Shown: positions 9,348 to 17,233 of the stretch, piece by piece
Position numbering within the stretch: the first letter of the stretch is position 1
Layout: each line of letters starts with the position of its first letter
Origin: Bacteroidales bacterium
GTDB lineage: Bacteria > Bacteroidota > Bacteroidia > Bacteroidales > WRLA01
Direction of reading: 5' to 3'
DNA: 64,000 nucleotides
Assembly: GCA_963662905.2 (NCBI GenBank)
Contig: CAXXFD010000004.1
Location: 31,638-95,637, forward strand
Notes under the pieces: generated by a model
Seen by the model: only the letters and a program-made list of their open reading frames with translations
The model's database searches: none
Told to the model about the DNA's origin: nothing
Program-made: the position numbers and the translations under genes

Positions 9348-10901
9348 GTGGAAAAACCAATAAAAAGCAAAACCAGTATTGCACTATTGTTAAGTATTAT
9401 CCTCTTTTTGGCAAAGGGAATGTTTGCTCAGGGTGTTGATAAAACCATTTACAAAACCAAAAATCCACTACCAAGTGACACTGAGGTACGCTTCGCAATG
9501 GAGGATACCGACATTAGCGTGCCTTATGAAGTCATTGGCTTAGTGGAGCAAAGTATCCTAAGTTATTATCAAAGCTATTCGAACCTTATTAACAATATAA
9601 AAAAGGCAACACGTAAGGCAGGCGGAAACCTTTTTAAAATCACCGAATTTCATGTAAATTTCAATTACGCCCCCGAATACGAAATAAAAGGTTACATCCT
9701 TTATACCGACAGTCTTGAACTGCAAAAAACAACCCCTCTGCCAATTGAATTCGAATATGATGTTGATTTTGCCATCTTACATTTTTTCAGGTATCCCGGA
9801 AACGGCCCTGATGTCAAGGTCAAAACACTGGACAGCCTGCTCTGTACACTTCCTCCGGGCAAACAGCAAACAATCCATCTTCGAAAGCAAGACAGACCTT
9901 ACATTATTGCCCAAACAAAAAAACGCGATATTCTAATTCAGGAATTTGAAGCAGGCAGGGAATACTATATTCGCGTTTACACAAAAGCAAATGGTGCCCC
10001 AAAATTAGAAATCATTAATTGGCTTGATGGAAAAATGGAAGTGCAATTCCTCATAGAAGCCGGTTTGGTTCAAAACAGTGATCAGGAATTTTCACATTCA
10101 GCTCCCTTTGAGGGTATTTCAGATAAAACAGACAGCAGCTCCACCCAAAGTATAGGCCAAGGAAAACCCTATATTAAGCCAAAACCAGAACCCATTAATT
10201 ATTATGCAAGCGGAAAAAATTCCCCAATGCTGCAACATCTTGAAAAAAAACCCGAACCAAAATCCTTATCAAACAGCTGGAAAATAAATATTGGCTTTGG
10301 CCTAAGCACACATACTGACGCTTCCAACAATGAATTCAACAAGATTTTCGATGAGCACATTAAAGAATTAAAAACCGGCGGTCACCTCCAATTATCAACA
10401 ACCGGATTCATAAACAAAAAAATAGGTATAGGCATTTTAATCAACCACATGCATTCATCAAGCAGTCTTAAAAACCTTTACGTCGAGATAAACAATTACT
10501 ATTTAATATTCGACTATGATGAAGAATTAAGCAACAGCTTTATCGCTCCGACAATCATATACAGGGAAATCATAAAGAACAGCTACAGTTCTTTTCAGAG
10601 CGGAATTGCCATTGGGTATTTTAGATACTTCAACGAAGCAAAAATTATCACAGCTGATCCGGATGTAAACAGCACGATTAAAACTACTGGAAACTCAATT
10701 GGAATCAGGGCAATATTGGGCTTTGATATTGGGCTCTCAAAGAAAACAGCATTAAATCTTTCTGCATCTTATCTTCACACAAAGATCAATAAAGTTAACC
10801 AAACAATTAATGGCGTATCAAAGGAAAACAATTTTCAGGGCGTCGCTGTCGTAAATCCCTCAAGATTTGATTTTAGCATTGGATTGAGCATTCGGTTTTA
10901 A
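9348..10901 (+). CDS. outer-membrane beta-barrel protein, paralog 2 (same architecture as 6846..8384)
   Basis: GTG start. Signal peptide ..LLLSIILFLAKGMFAQ. The N-module aligns with 6846..8384 (YTDSLELQKTTPLP, LHFFRYPGNGP, IIAQTKKRDIL, GAPKLEIINWLDGKME). The barrel ends IGLSIRF. Confidence 0.7.
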   Translation: MEKPIKSKTSIALLLSIILFLAKGMFAQGVDKTIYKTKNPLPSDTEVRFAMEDTDISVPYEVIGLVEQSILSYYQSYSNLINNIKKATRKAGGNLFKITEFHVNFNYAPEYEIKGYILYTDSLELQKTTPLPIEFEYDVDFAILHFFRYPGNGPDVKVKTLDSLLCTLPPGKQQTIHLRKQDRPYIIAQTKKRDILIQEFEAGREYYIRVYTKANGAPKLEIINWLDGKMEVQFLIEAGLVQNSDQEFSHSAPFEGISDKTDSSSTQSIGQGKPYIKPKPEPINYYASGKNSPMLQHLEKKPEPKSLSNSWKINIGFGLSTHTDASNNEFNKIFDEHIKELKTGGHLQLSTTGFINKKIGIGILINHMHSSSSLKNLYVEINNYYLIFDYDEELSNSFIAPTIIYREIIKNSYSSFQSGIAIGYFRYFNEAKIITADPDVNSTIKTTGNSIGIRAILGFDIGLSKKTALNLSASYLHTKINKVNQTINGVSKENNFQGVAVVNPSRFDFSIGLSIRF

Positions 10902-11225
10902 GCTGTAAATACAAAATTTTTTATTGAAGCCACTGAATTCTCTTATTTCATTGCAAGATGCTATTTGACATTTGAATGTTATGACCAGGCTGGCATATCA
11001 TAATGCTAACTCTTTTTTTTAATTAAATCCACTTTCTCAGCATTAACCTTTTTGAAAACAGTTTGCTTAATCAACTTCAATATTAGCCGGAACAATAAGA
11101 CGTACTGTTATTCAATTAACAATAGAATTATAAGATTAACCTCAATTTTTTAAGGATATTACAGGTTTTTGTTAGCAATATTTGAGATTAACCCAAATTT
11201 AACAGGGGTATTTCAAAAATTATCA

Positions 11226-11233
11226 TACTTTTG
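11226..11233 (+). promoter_or_regulatory. -7 promoter box TACTTTTG upstream of the glutamine synthetase gene
   Basis: TAnnTTTG match 26 nt upstream of the ATG at 11259. Confidence 0.55.
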
Positions 11234-11258
11234 CCTCGTTAATCAAAAATTCAAACAG

Positions 11259-13451
11259 ATGGCAGAATTACGTTTTAAGGCATTAGAGGAGATTTTTAAG
11301 AGGGAGGCTATCAAAACGGATGCGCCCAATAAAGTAACCAGTGAGTATTTTGGAGCGAATGTTTTTGACCAGCGGAAGATGAAGAAATACCTAAACCGTG
11401 AGGCTTATGATAAATTTATCCAAAGCGCAGAAAAAAGCGAACCCATCGACCGCAGGCTGGCCGACCAGATAGCAGCCGGCATGAAAGCCTGGGCCATGGA
11501 AAAAGGCGCAACACATTATACACACTGGTTTCACCCGCTTACCGACAGTACCGCAGAGAAGCACGACGCATTTATCGAGTTTTCGGAATTTGGCGGTGTG
11601 GTAGAAAACTTCAGCGGTGAGCGCCTGGCACAGCAGGAACCCGATGCATCCAGTTTCCCAAGCGGCGGTTTGCGCAACACCTTCGAAGCACGCGGCTATA
11701 CAGCCTGGGACACCAGCAGCCCGGCATTTATCATCGACCGCACGCTCTGCATCCCCACCGTTTTTGTATCCTATACCGGCGAAGCACTGGACTATAAAAC
11801 CCCTTTGCTCAAATCACTAACCGCTGTGGACAAAGCAGCCACAGATGTTTGCCAGTATTTCGATAAAAACGTGAAACGCGTTACCTCCAATACAGGCTGG
11901 GAACAGGAATATTTCCTGATTGACGAAAGTCTGTTTTGCGCCCGGCCCGACATGATGCTCACAGGAAGAACCCTGATGGGACATGCATCATCCAAAGACC
12001 AACAAATGGACGACCACTATTTTGGCGCAATTCCGGAGCGGGTCAAAGCCTTTATGCATGAATTCGAGCAGGAAGCATACCTTTTGGGCATACCGGTAAA
12101 AACACGTCATAACGAAGTAGCCCCCAACCAGTTTGAGTGCGCCCCCATTTTTGAGGAAACCAATCTGGCCAATGACCACAACCAATTGATTATGGAGCTA
12201 ATGCGACGCGTTGCCCGCAAGCACCATTTCCGCATCCTTTTCCATGAGAAGCCTTTTTCAGGCATTAATGGATCAGGAAAACACTGCAACTGGTCACTGA
12301 GCACAGATACAGGCGTAAACCTCTTCAAGCCGGGACGCAACCCAAAATCCAACCTGCAGTTCCTCACCTTTCTCATCAACACTTTGATGGCGGTGAAGAA
12401 AAACAACGACCTCTTGCGCGCCAGCATCAGCAGCGCCGGAAACGCACACCGCATGGGCGCCAACGAAGCCCCTCCGGCCATTATCAGCGCATTCCTGGGA
12501 CGCCACCTCACGCATATGCTCAATGAAATCGTGCAGAAAGTACCGGACGAAAAGCATATGGATCCGGACCTGAAAACCGAGCTAAAACTCAATATTGGCA
12601 AAATCCCGGAAATCCTGCTCGACAATACCGACCGCAACCGCACTTCGCCTTTTGCTTTTACGGGCAACCGTTTTGAGTTCCGTGCCGTTGGCTCTTCTGC
12701 CAATATTGCTTCCGCGATGATTGTGCTCAATGCCACAATCACAAGGCAGCTCAAGGAATTTAAAAACGAAGTAGATGATATGATTATGAGCGGCATCAAA
12801 AAAGATGATGCCATTTTTCAGGTGCTGAAAAAATACATTATCGAATCGGAAAGCATCCGATTTGAAGGAAACGGCTACAGCGAAGAATGGGCCAAAGAAG
12901 CCGAAAAACGCGGGCTGACCAACAAAAACAGCGTTCCGGAAAGCCTTGCAGATTACCTGAAGGATGATTCACGCGAACTTTTCCGCAGCCTCGGCATTTA
13001 TTCGGGCAAAGAGCTGGAAGGACGCGTGGAAGTAGAGTTTGAGAAATACACCAAAATCATTCAGATTGAAGCACGCGTTTTGGGTGATTTATCCATCAAT
13101 CATATTGTGCCAACAGCTGTAAATTATATGAACCTGCTCATCGAAAACGTGAAAGGGCTCAAGGAAATTTTTGAAGAAATGGAATACAAATCCATGGCCA
13201 AAGGGCGCATCGAACTGATCCGCAATGTTTCCAACCACATTTCTTCGATTAAGGAACTCGTAAGCGAAATGATTGAGGAGCGCAAAAAAGCCAACCGTAT
13301 CGAAAACGAATTTGAAAAAGCAATGGCTTACGATAAAAATGTCCGCCCCTACCTCGAAAACATCCGTCAGCATATCGACAAACTCGAACTGGTTGTTGAT
13401 AATGAAATCTGGCCTCTGCCAAAATACCGGGAGCTGTTGTTTTCCAGGTAA
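11259..13451 (+). CDS. glnN: glutamine synthetase, type III
   Basis: ~730 aa from MAELRFKALEE. The size and motifs (THYTHWFHPLT, QQEPDASSFPSGG, NEVAPNQFE, HEKPFSGINGSGKHCNWS, NRTSPFAFTGNRFEFR) match the large GSIII class of Bacteroides and cyanobacteria. The ORF-track start at 11169 precedes the promoter box. Confidence 0.9.
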   Translation: MAELRFKALEEIFKREAIKTDAPNKVTSEYFGANVFDQRKMKKYLNREAYDKFIQSAEKSEPIDRRLADQIAAGMKAWAMEKGATHYTHWFHPLTDSTAEKHDAFIEFSEFGGVVENFSGERLAQQEPDASSFPSGGLRNTFEARGYTAWDTSSPAFIIDRTLCIPTVFVSYTGEALDYKTPLLKSLTAVDKAATDVCQYFDKNVKRVTSNTGWEQEYFLIDESLFCARPDMMLTGRTLMGHASSKDQQMDDHYFGAIPERVKAFMHEFEQEAYLLGIPVKTRHNEVAPNQFECAPIFEETNLANDHNQLIMELMRRVARKHHFRILFHEKPFSGINGSGKHCNWSLSTDTGVNLFKPGRNPKSNLQFLTFLINTLMAVKKNNDLLRASISSAGNAHRMGANEAPPAIISAFLGRHLTHMLNEIVQKVPDEKHMDPDLKTELKLNIGKIPEILLDNTDRNRTSPFAFTGNRFEFRAVGSSANIASAMIVLNATITRQLKEFKNEVDDMIMSGIKKDDAIFQVLKKYIIESESIRFEGNGYSEEWAKEAEKRGLTNKNSVPESLADYLKDDSRELFRSLGIYSGKELEGRVEVEFEKYTKIIQIEARVLGDLSINHIVPTAVNYMNLLIENVKGLKEIFEEMEYKSMAKGRIELIRNVSNHISSIKELVSEMIEERKKANRIENEFEKAMAYDKNVRPYLENIRQHIDKLELVVDNEIWPLPKYRELLFSR

Positions 13452-13462
13452 TTATTAGTTCA

Positions 13463-13499
13463 AAAAAAAGCCGCGGATATTATTCTTGCGGCTTTTTTT
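13463..13499 (+). terminator. rho-independent terminator after glnN
   Basis: AAAAAGCCGC..loop..GCGGCTTTTTTT hairpin followed by a T-run. Confidence 0.8.
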
Positions 13500-13537
13500 A
13501 TTTCAAAACAGAAAGCCGTTTGATAATCCGAAAACAG

Positions 13538-13759
13538 CTATCGTTTCGCTGTGATATAATATCCTCCGGTTTTTGGAGCACCACGAAACTCAATAAGACG
13601 ATCATTTCTTAGCTGCTTTAAATACCTTTCAGTGGTTGATACTCCTTTGTTAATCCTTTGCGCGATTGCTGCGGTTTTTATTCCGGGATATTTACGCACA
13701 ATTTCAACTACCAACGCTACTCCCTCATTTACTCCCTCATTTACTCCCTCATTATTCAT
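13538..13759 (-). pseudogene. stand-alone C-terminal winged-helix fragment of a larger AlbA_2/ATPase-type putative DNA-binding protein (likely a gene remnant)
   Basis: MNNEGVNEGVNEGVALVVEIVRKYPGIKTAAIAQRINKGVSTTERYLKQLRNDRLIEFRGAPKTGGYYI. A tetrapeptide-repeat linker plus a wHTH tail is, from memory, the C-terminal end of ~450-500-aa Bacteroidota proteins. Only ~75 nt separate it from the upstream terminator, so no N-terminal part is present. Confidence 0.5.
13718..13753. repeat. 12-bp tandem repeat x3 (TACTCCCTCATT), encoding (NEGV)3 on the minus strand
   Basis: Three exact head-to-tail copies read directly from the sequence. Confidence 0.95.
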
Positions 13760-13844
13760 AAATTCAACAATGAAACCAGAAAAGTCAACACAATAGTTTG
13801 GCGGGGGCAAATTTCATTTTGCACACTCGTTTATTACTTAAAAC

Positions 13845-13874
13845 AAACAGCCGCACTGTAAAATGTGGCTGTTT
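13845..13874 (-). terminator. hairpin terminator downstream of 13888..15177
   Basis: AAACAGCCGCAC..loop..TGTGGCTGTTT, with T-rich tracts on both strands. Confidence 0.5.
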
Positions 13875-13887
13875 ATTTTTTGCTCCC

Positions 13888-15177
13888 CTACCTCAAATTC
13901 CGCAACCTGAAACTCATACTATAGGTATCGATCAGGATTTTAGAACAACTTTCGCCGCAATTCTTTGTTTTTGCCTGGATACGCTGATCCGAACTGCCTC
14001 GCTCAATATGGGTGTTGGCAAATTCTTTATCGGGATAATCCAGCTTGCCATATTTAAGCTTTGCATCAATGCTGTATGCTGCATCTTTTGCAAAATCAAT
14101 ATTGGCCGAACCGTATTTGCCATCAATTTCGATAAATTCAAAACCATTGGACATCAATTCAATATCAAATGAAGAGGAATAAGATTCGGCTTTCAGGCTT
14201 TTGTTGAGCCGGTCAAATTTCCATTCGCTGTATTTATCGCGCACATTCAGGGAATTGGCTTCATTAGCCTGAAAATCATCATCATAACTTTCAAAAAGCA
14301 CATCCGTGCAATAGCCAAAGCGGAAAGATGAATATTTTGAGATGATATCGATTTCTGCTGCTTTGGTGAATTTCAGGTCACAATCGTAGAGGTTAAAACG
14401 GATATTTCCACAGCTTTCGCCTTCCATTTCAGTATATTTCATCTTGCCCCGGATATTGCCCAGATTATTGATACGGAACACATCATCATAACTGTCGATA
14501 TCAATATCCTGGCAGCTGTTTCCTTCAATTTTGGAATATTTTGCGCCAATTTCCACATTGCCGGCACAATCTGCAAAAGCAATATCACAATCATAAAGCT
14601 TTGCCTTAATAGCCTGCACATTTCCGCACTCCACTTTGCTGTATTTTCCTTCGAGCGAATATTTTCCGTCCACCTGCCCACAATACAACTTACTGGAGTA
14701 CAGCTCCATTGCCAAATCTCCACCAACATCCGGAAGCTGAACCGTTGAATAGCGGTTTATAATTTTCAGGTTCAGGTTTTTGGGGAAATAAATAATGTGT
14801 TCTACTTTTAATTCAGACAATCGGGCTACACTCCCATCAGTGAGCGTTATTTTAATTTTGCTGTTCCTTTGAGTCCATTCATTCCAAAAAATGGTGTTTA
14901 ATTTAATAACAGAACCCACTTTCTCCGGCTTGCACTCCTTTATGGCGCGCATCACCAGAGCCTCATCTTCATCAGAACGGCCTTTCAGCTCACGGATGAT
15001 GGTTTCCACTTTTATCTCGCTTTTATCCCACTCAATAAATTCCACATTGGCTGTGCGGTTGTAGAGTTCAAAAGTATTGCACCCGCCGCATTCAACGGAA
15101 CGGACAATTTTATTTGTTTCCTGAGCACTGAGGGCCGTTCCGAGCAGCATCAGCAGGATCAGCACATCAAATTTCAT
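13888..15177 (-). CDS. exported beta-helix repeat protein (DUF4097/toastrack-like putative adhesin)
   Basis: Start trimmed to MKFDVLILLMLLGTALSAQ. Repetitive ~20-aa units (GKYSKVECGNV.., AKYSKIEGNSC.., MKYTEMEGESCGNI.., SKYSSFRFGYC..). It is the last gene of an ECF sigma / anti-sigma operon. Confidence 0.6.
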   Translation of the reverse strand: MKFDVLILLMLLGTALSAQETNKIVRSVECGGCNTFELYNRTANVEFIEWDKSEIKVETIIRELKGRSDEDEALVMRAIKECKPEKVGSVIKLNTIFWNEWTQRNSKIKITLTDGSVARLSELKVEHIIYFPKNLNLKIINRYSTVQLPDVGGDLAMELYSSKLYCGQVDGKYSLEGKYSKVECGNVQAIKAKLYDCDIAFADCAGNVEIGAKYSKIEGNSCQDIDIDSYDDVFRINNLGNIRGKMKYTEMEGESCGNIRFNLYDCDLKFTKAAEIDIISKYSSFRFGYCTDVLFESYDDDFQANEANSLNVRDKYSEWKFDRLNKSLKAESYSSSFDIELMSNGFEFIEIDGKYGSANIDFAKDAAYSIDAKLKYGKLDYPDKEFANTHIERGSSDQRIQAKTKNCGESCSKILIDTYSMSFRLRNLR

Positions 15178-15694
15178 ACGGTATGTTCTCATTTTCATGT
15201 TCTTTTTGTTTTTGAATTTCAAATAAAATACGGTTTAACAATTGGATTTTCTTCTCATAATAATCCATAAAAACCGTGATAATCTGCTCATTGCAGCAAT
15301 CCTGGCCAAGGTCCTGCATATAAGCCTCATATTGAAGATCGATCTCGTTCATTTCTTTTTGTATTTCCTTAAAACTATAATTGCTGCTTTTCGCCAACTC
15401 CTGGGCTTGCGCATATTTCAGGCTGATTTCAGTAATATACTCCTGCTCCTGCGCTTTAAACTCCGGATAGGCTTTGCTCAGCAAAAGCTCATGCTGTTCT
15501 TTATGGTGCAGCAGACCGATACTCAGCACAATACTTAAAGCAAGCAGGAAAACGGCAGCAACTTTCCAGAAAAGCGCAGAGCCATTCCTTACATTCCGCT
15601 GCTTTTGCATTCGTTGCCAGATTTTTTTTGCATCGGGCTGATGCACATCAAAATCCGTTCTATGCTTTTTTATATAATCATCAAGCTTCATCAT
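15167..15694 (-). CDS. anti-sigma factor-like membrane protein
   Basis: ~175 aa with one central TM helix (LFWKVAAVFLLALSIVLSIGLL). It overlaps the sigma gene stop and the downstream gene start. Confidence 0.6.
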   Translation of the reverse strand: MMKLDDYIKKHRTDFDVHQPDAKKIWQRMQKQRNVRNGSALFWKVAAVFLLALSIVLSIGLLHHKEQHELLLSKAYPEFKAQEQEYITEISLKYAQAQELAKSSNYSFKEIQKEMNEIDLQYEAYMQDLGQDCCNEQIITVFMDYYEKKIQLLNRILFEIQKQKEHENENIPYEI

Positions 15695-16214
15695 AAACAC
15701 ATAATGCTTCTTTTAACAACTTACGGGCGCGGTTTAATTGGCTTTTGGATGTGGAAATGCTGATATCCAATCGTTCGGCAATTTCCTGATGTTTCATTTC
15801 CTCAAAAGCGAAAAGCTTAAAAACCAATTGCGCCCCTTCGGGCAGATTTTCGATGGCCTGCATAATTTGCTTTGGGTCAATTTCTTCCGGCAGTTCAAAA
15901 TCATCTTCCGGGATTTCCAAAAGGGCTGCATCACGAACCAGCAGGTTTTTGTTGCTGCGGATACTGTTCAGGCTTTTGTTCACGGCAATCCGCCTGACCC
16001 ATGCACCAAAATTTCCATTGCGCAGTTCATCCAATCGTTCAAAGGCCGTTATAAAACTTTCCTGCACCAGATCTTCTGCCAAATCACGTCGCTTCACAAT
16101 ACGGAACACACTGTTATACACACAGTTGATATTCTGATCGAAGAGCTCCTTTTGCGCCCTCTGATTGCCCTTCAGGCTTTTTCGGATTAGGTATGCTTCT
16201 TTTTTTAGCAGCAA
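15681..16214 (-). CDS. RNA polymerase ECF-type sigma-70 factor
   Basis: 177 aa. Region 2 (DLVQESFITAFERL) and region 4 (QEIAERLDISISTSKSQLNRARKLLKE). Confidence 0.9.
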   Translation of the reverse strand: MLLKKEAYLIRKSLKGNQRAQKELFDQNINCVYNSVFRIVKRRDLAEDLVQESFITAFERLDELRNGNFGAWVRRIAVNKSLNSIRSNKNLLVRDAALLEIPEDDFELPEEIDPKQIMQAIENLPEGAQLVFKLFAFEEMKHQEIAERLDISISTSKSQLNRARKLLKEALCVYDEA

Positions 16215-16291
16215 ATCTGATTGGGGTTTCTAAAATTCTGACACAGGAATACCTGCATGGTTGGAATTATTCAGAAAAAAAATTTCTCCAT

Positions 16292-17107
16292 TTAAAAAAT
16301 CCTGCCTTCCCAGAAAAAACCTTCTGTCTTTTCGGGCTTGGGCGGACGTTTTTGAAAAATGCCATAAACCGCTGATCCACTGCCACTCATAGCAGCATAC
16401 AGCGCTCCGTTTTTATAAAAATCTTCTTTGATTTTTGCCAGTACAGGATGCTGTTCAAAAATCTTTGTTTCAAAATCATTTTTAAAAACGGATCTCCATT
16501 CTTCGGGCGATTTTCCCCAGGATCCGCTCAGTGCAGGCCGGCTGTTATCACATATGATTCCGGCATAAGCATGTGCTGTGGGGATGTGCACTTCCGGGCG
16601 GATCAGCTGGATATACAGTGGAAGCAGATGATCGCCTGGAAGCTCCGAAAGCAGCTCGCCCCTACCTGTCGAAAGCTGTGTTTTTCCCTTGATGAAGAAA
16701 GCACAATCAGAGCCCAGTTCCGCGGCATGATATTCCAGTTTTTCATCATCAAGTCCCAAAGAAAACAGCTCATTGAGCATTTTCAGGGCAAAAGCCGCAT
16801 CGGATGAACCACCGCCCAAACCGGCGCCCATAGGGATAATTTTATGCAGGTGCATATGAACTGCAGGAACGGAATAGCGTGCATGCATCAGCTCCCAGGC
16901 TTTCACCACCAGATTTTTGGAAGGATCGCCCGGAACGGGAAGCCCACCGGAACTAAAACGAAAATTCCCATCCGGTGCAGGGATAATTTCAAGCATATCC
17001 TGCAAAGGAATTTCCTGCATGATGGTTTCAATTTCATGAAATCCGTCATTCCTTTTAAAAAGAATATGCAGTCCAATATTAATTTTACAGCCGGGATAAG
17101 TAATCAT
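16292..17107 (-). CDS. ispE: 4-(cytidine 5'-diphospho)-2-C-methyl-D-erythritol kinase
   Basis: KINIGLHILFKRNDGFHEIETIM and the GHMP motif PMGAGLGGGSSDAA. Start chosen at MITYPGCKINIGL; the ORF-track alternative is 17149. Confidence 0.85.
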   Translation of the reverse strand: MITYPGCKINIGLHILFKRNDGFHEIETIMQEIPLQDMLEIIPAPDGNFRFSSGGLPVPGDPSKNLVVKAWELMHARYSVPAVHMHLHKIIPMGAGLGGGSSDAAFALKMLNELFSLGLDDEKLEYHAAELGSDCAFFIKGKTQLSTGRGELLSELPGDHLLPLYIQLIRPEVHIPTAHAYAGIICDNSRPALSGSWGKSPEEWRSVFKNDFETKIFEQHPVLAKIKEDFYKNGALYAAMSGSGSAVYGIFQKRPPKPEKTEGFFWEGRIF

Positions 17108-17207
17108 GCGCAGTAATTTTGAACGAAAATACAGAATTTCATTTTCCAATTTAAGCTATAACACACATTCGATCAAAATCCCGTCGGAATAATTGCCGGA
17201 TTTTGCC

Positions 17208-17215
17208 TATTTTTG
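17208..17215 (+). promoter_or_regulatory. -7 promoter box TATTTTTG
   Basis: TAnnTTTG match 19 nt upstream of the ATG at 17234. Confidence 0.5.
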
Positions 17216-17233
17216 AGCAATACAAAAAACACT

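Noticed and set aside
12107-12814. 235-aa minus-strand ORF inside glnN, with smaller ones at 11792..12185 and 12294..12557
   Set aside because: It is antisense to a gene whose plus-frame translation carries unmistakable type III glutamine synthetase motifs. The antisense product is Ser/Arg/Leu-rich with no motifs, which is typical of shadow ORFs.
13718-13753. Short tandem repeat considered as a possible CRISPR or array-like feature
   Set aside because: It consists of only three contiguous 12-bp units with no spacers, in frame within a coding region. It is a coding microsatellite, and no CRISPR array exists anywhere in the window.
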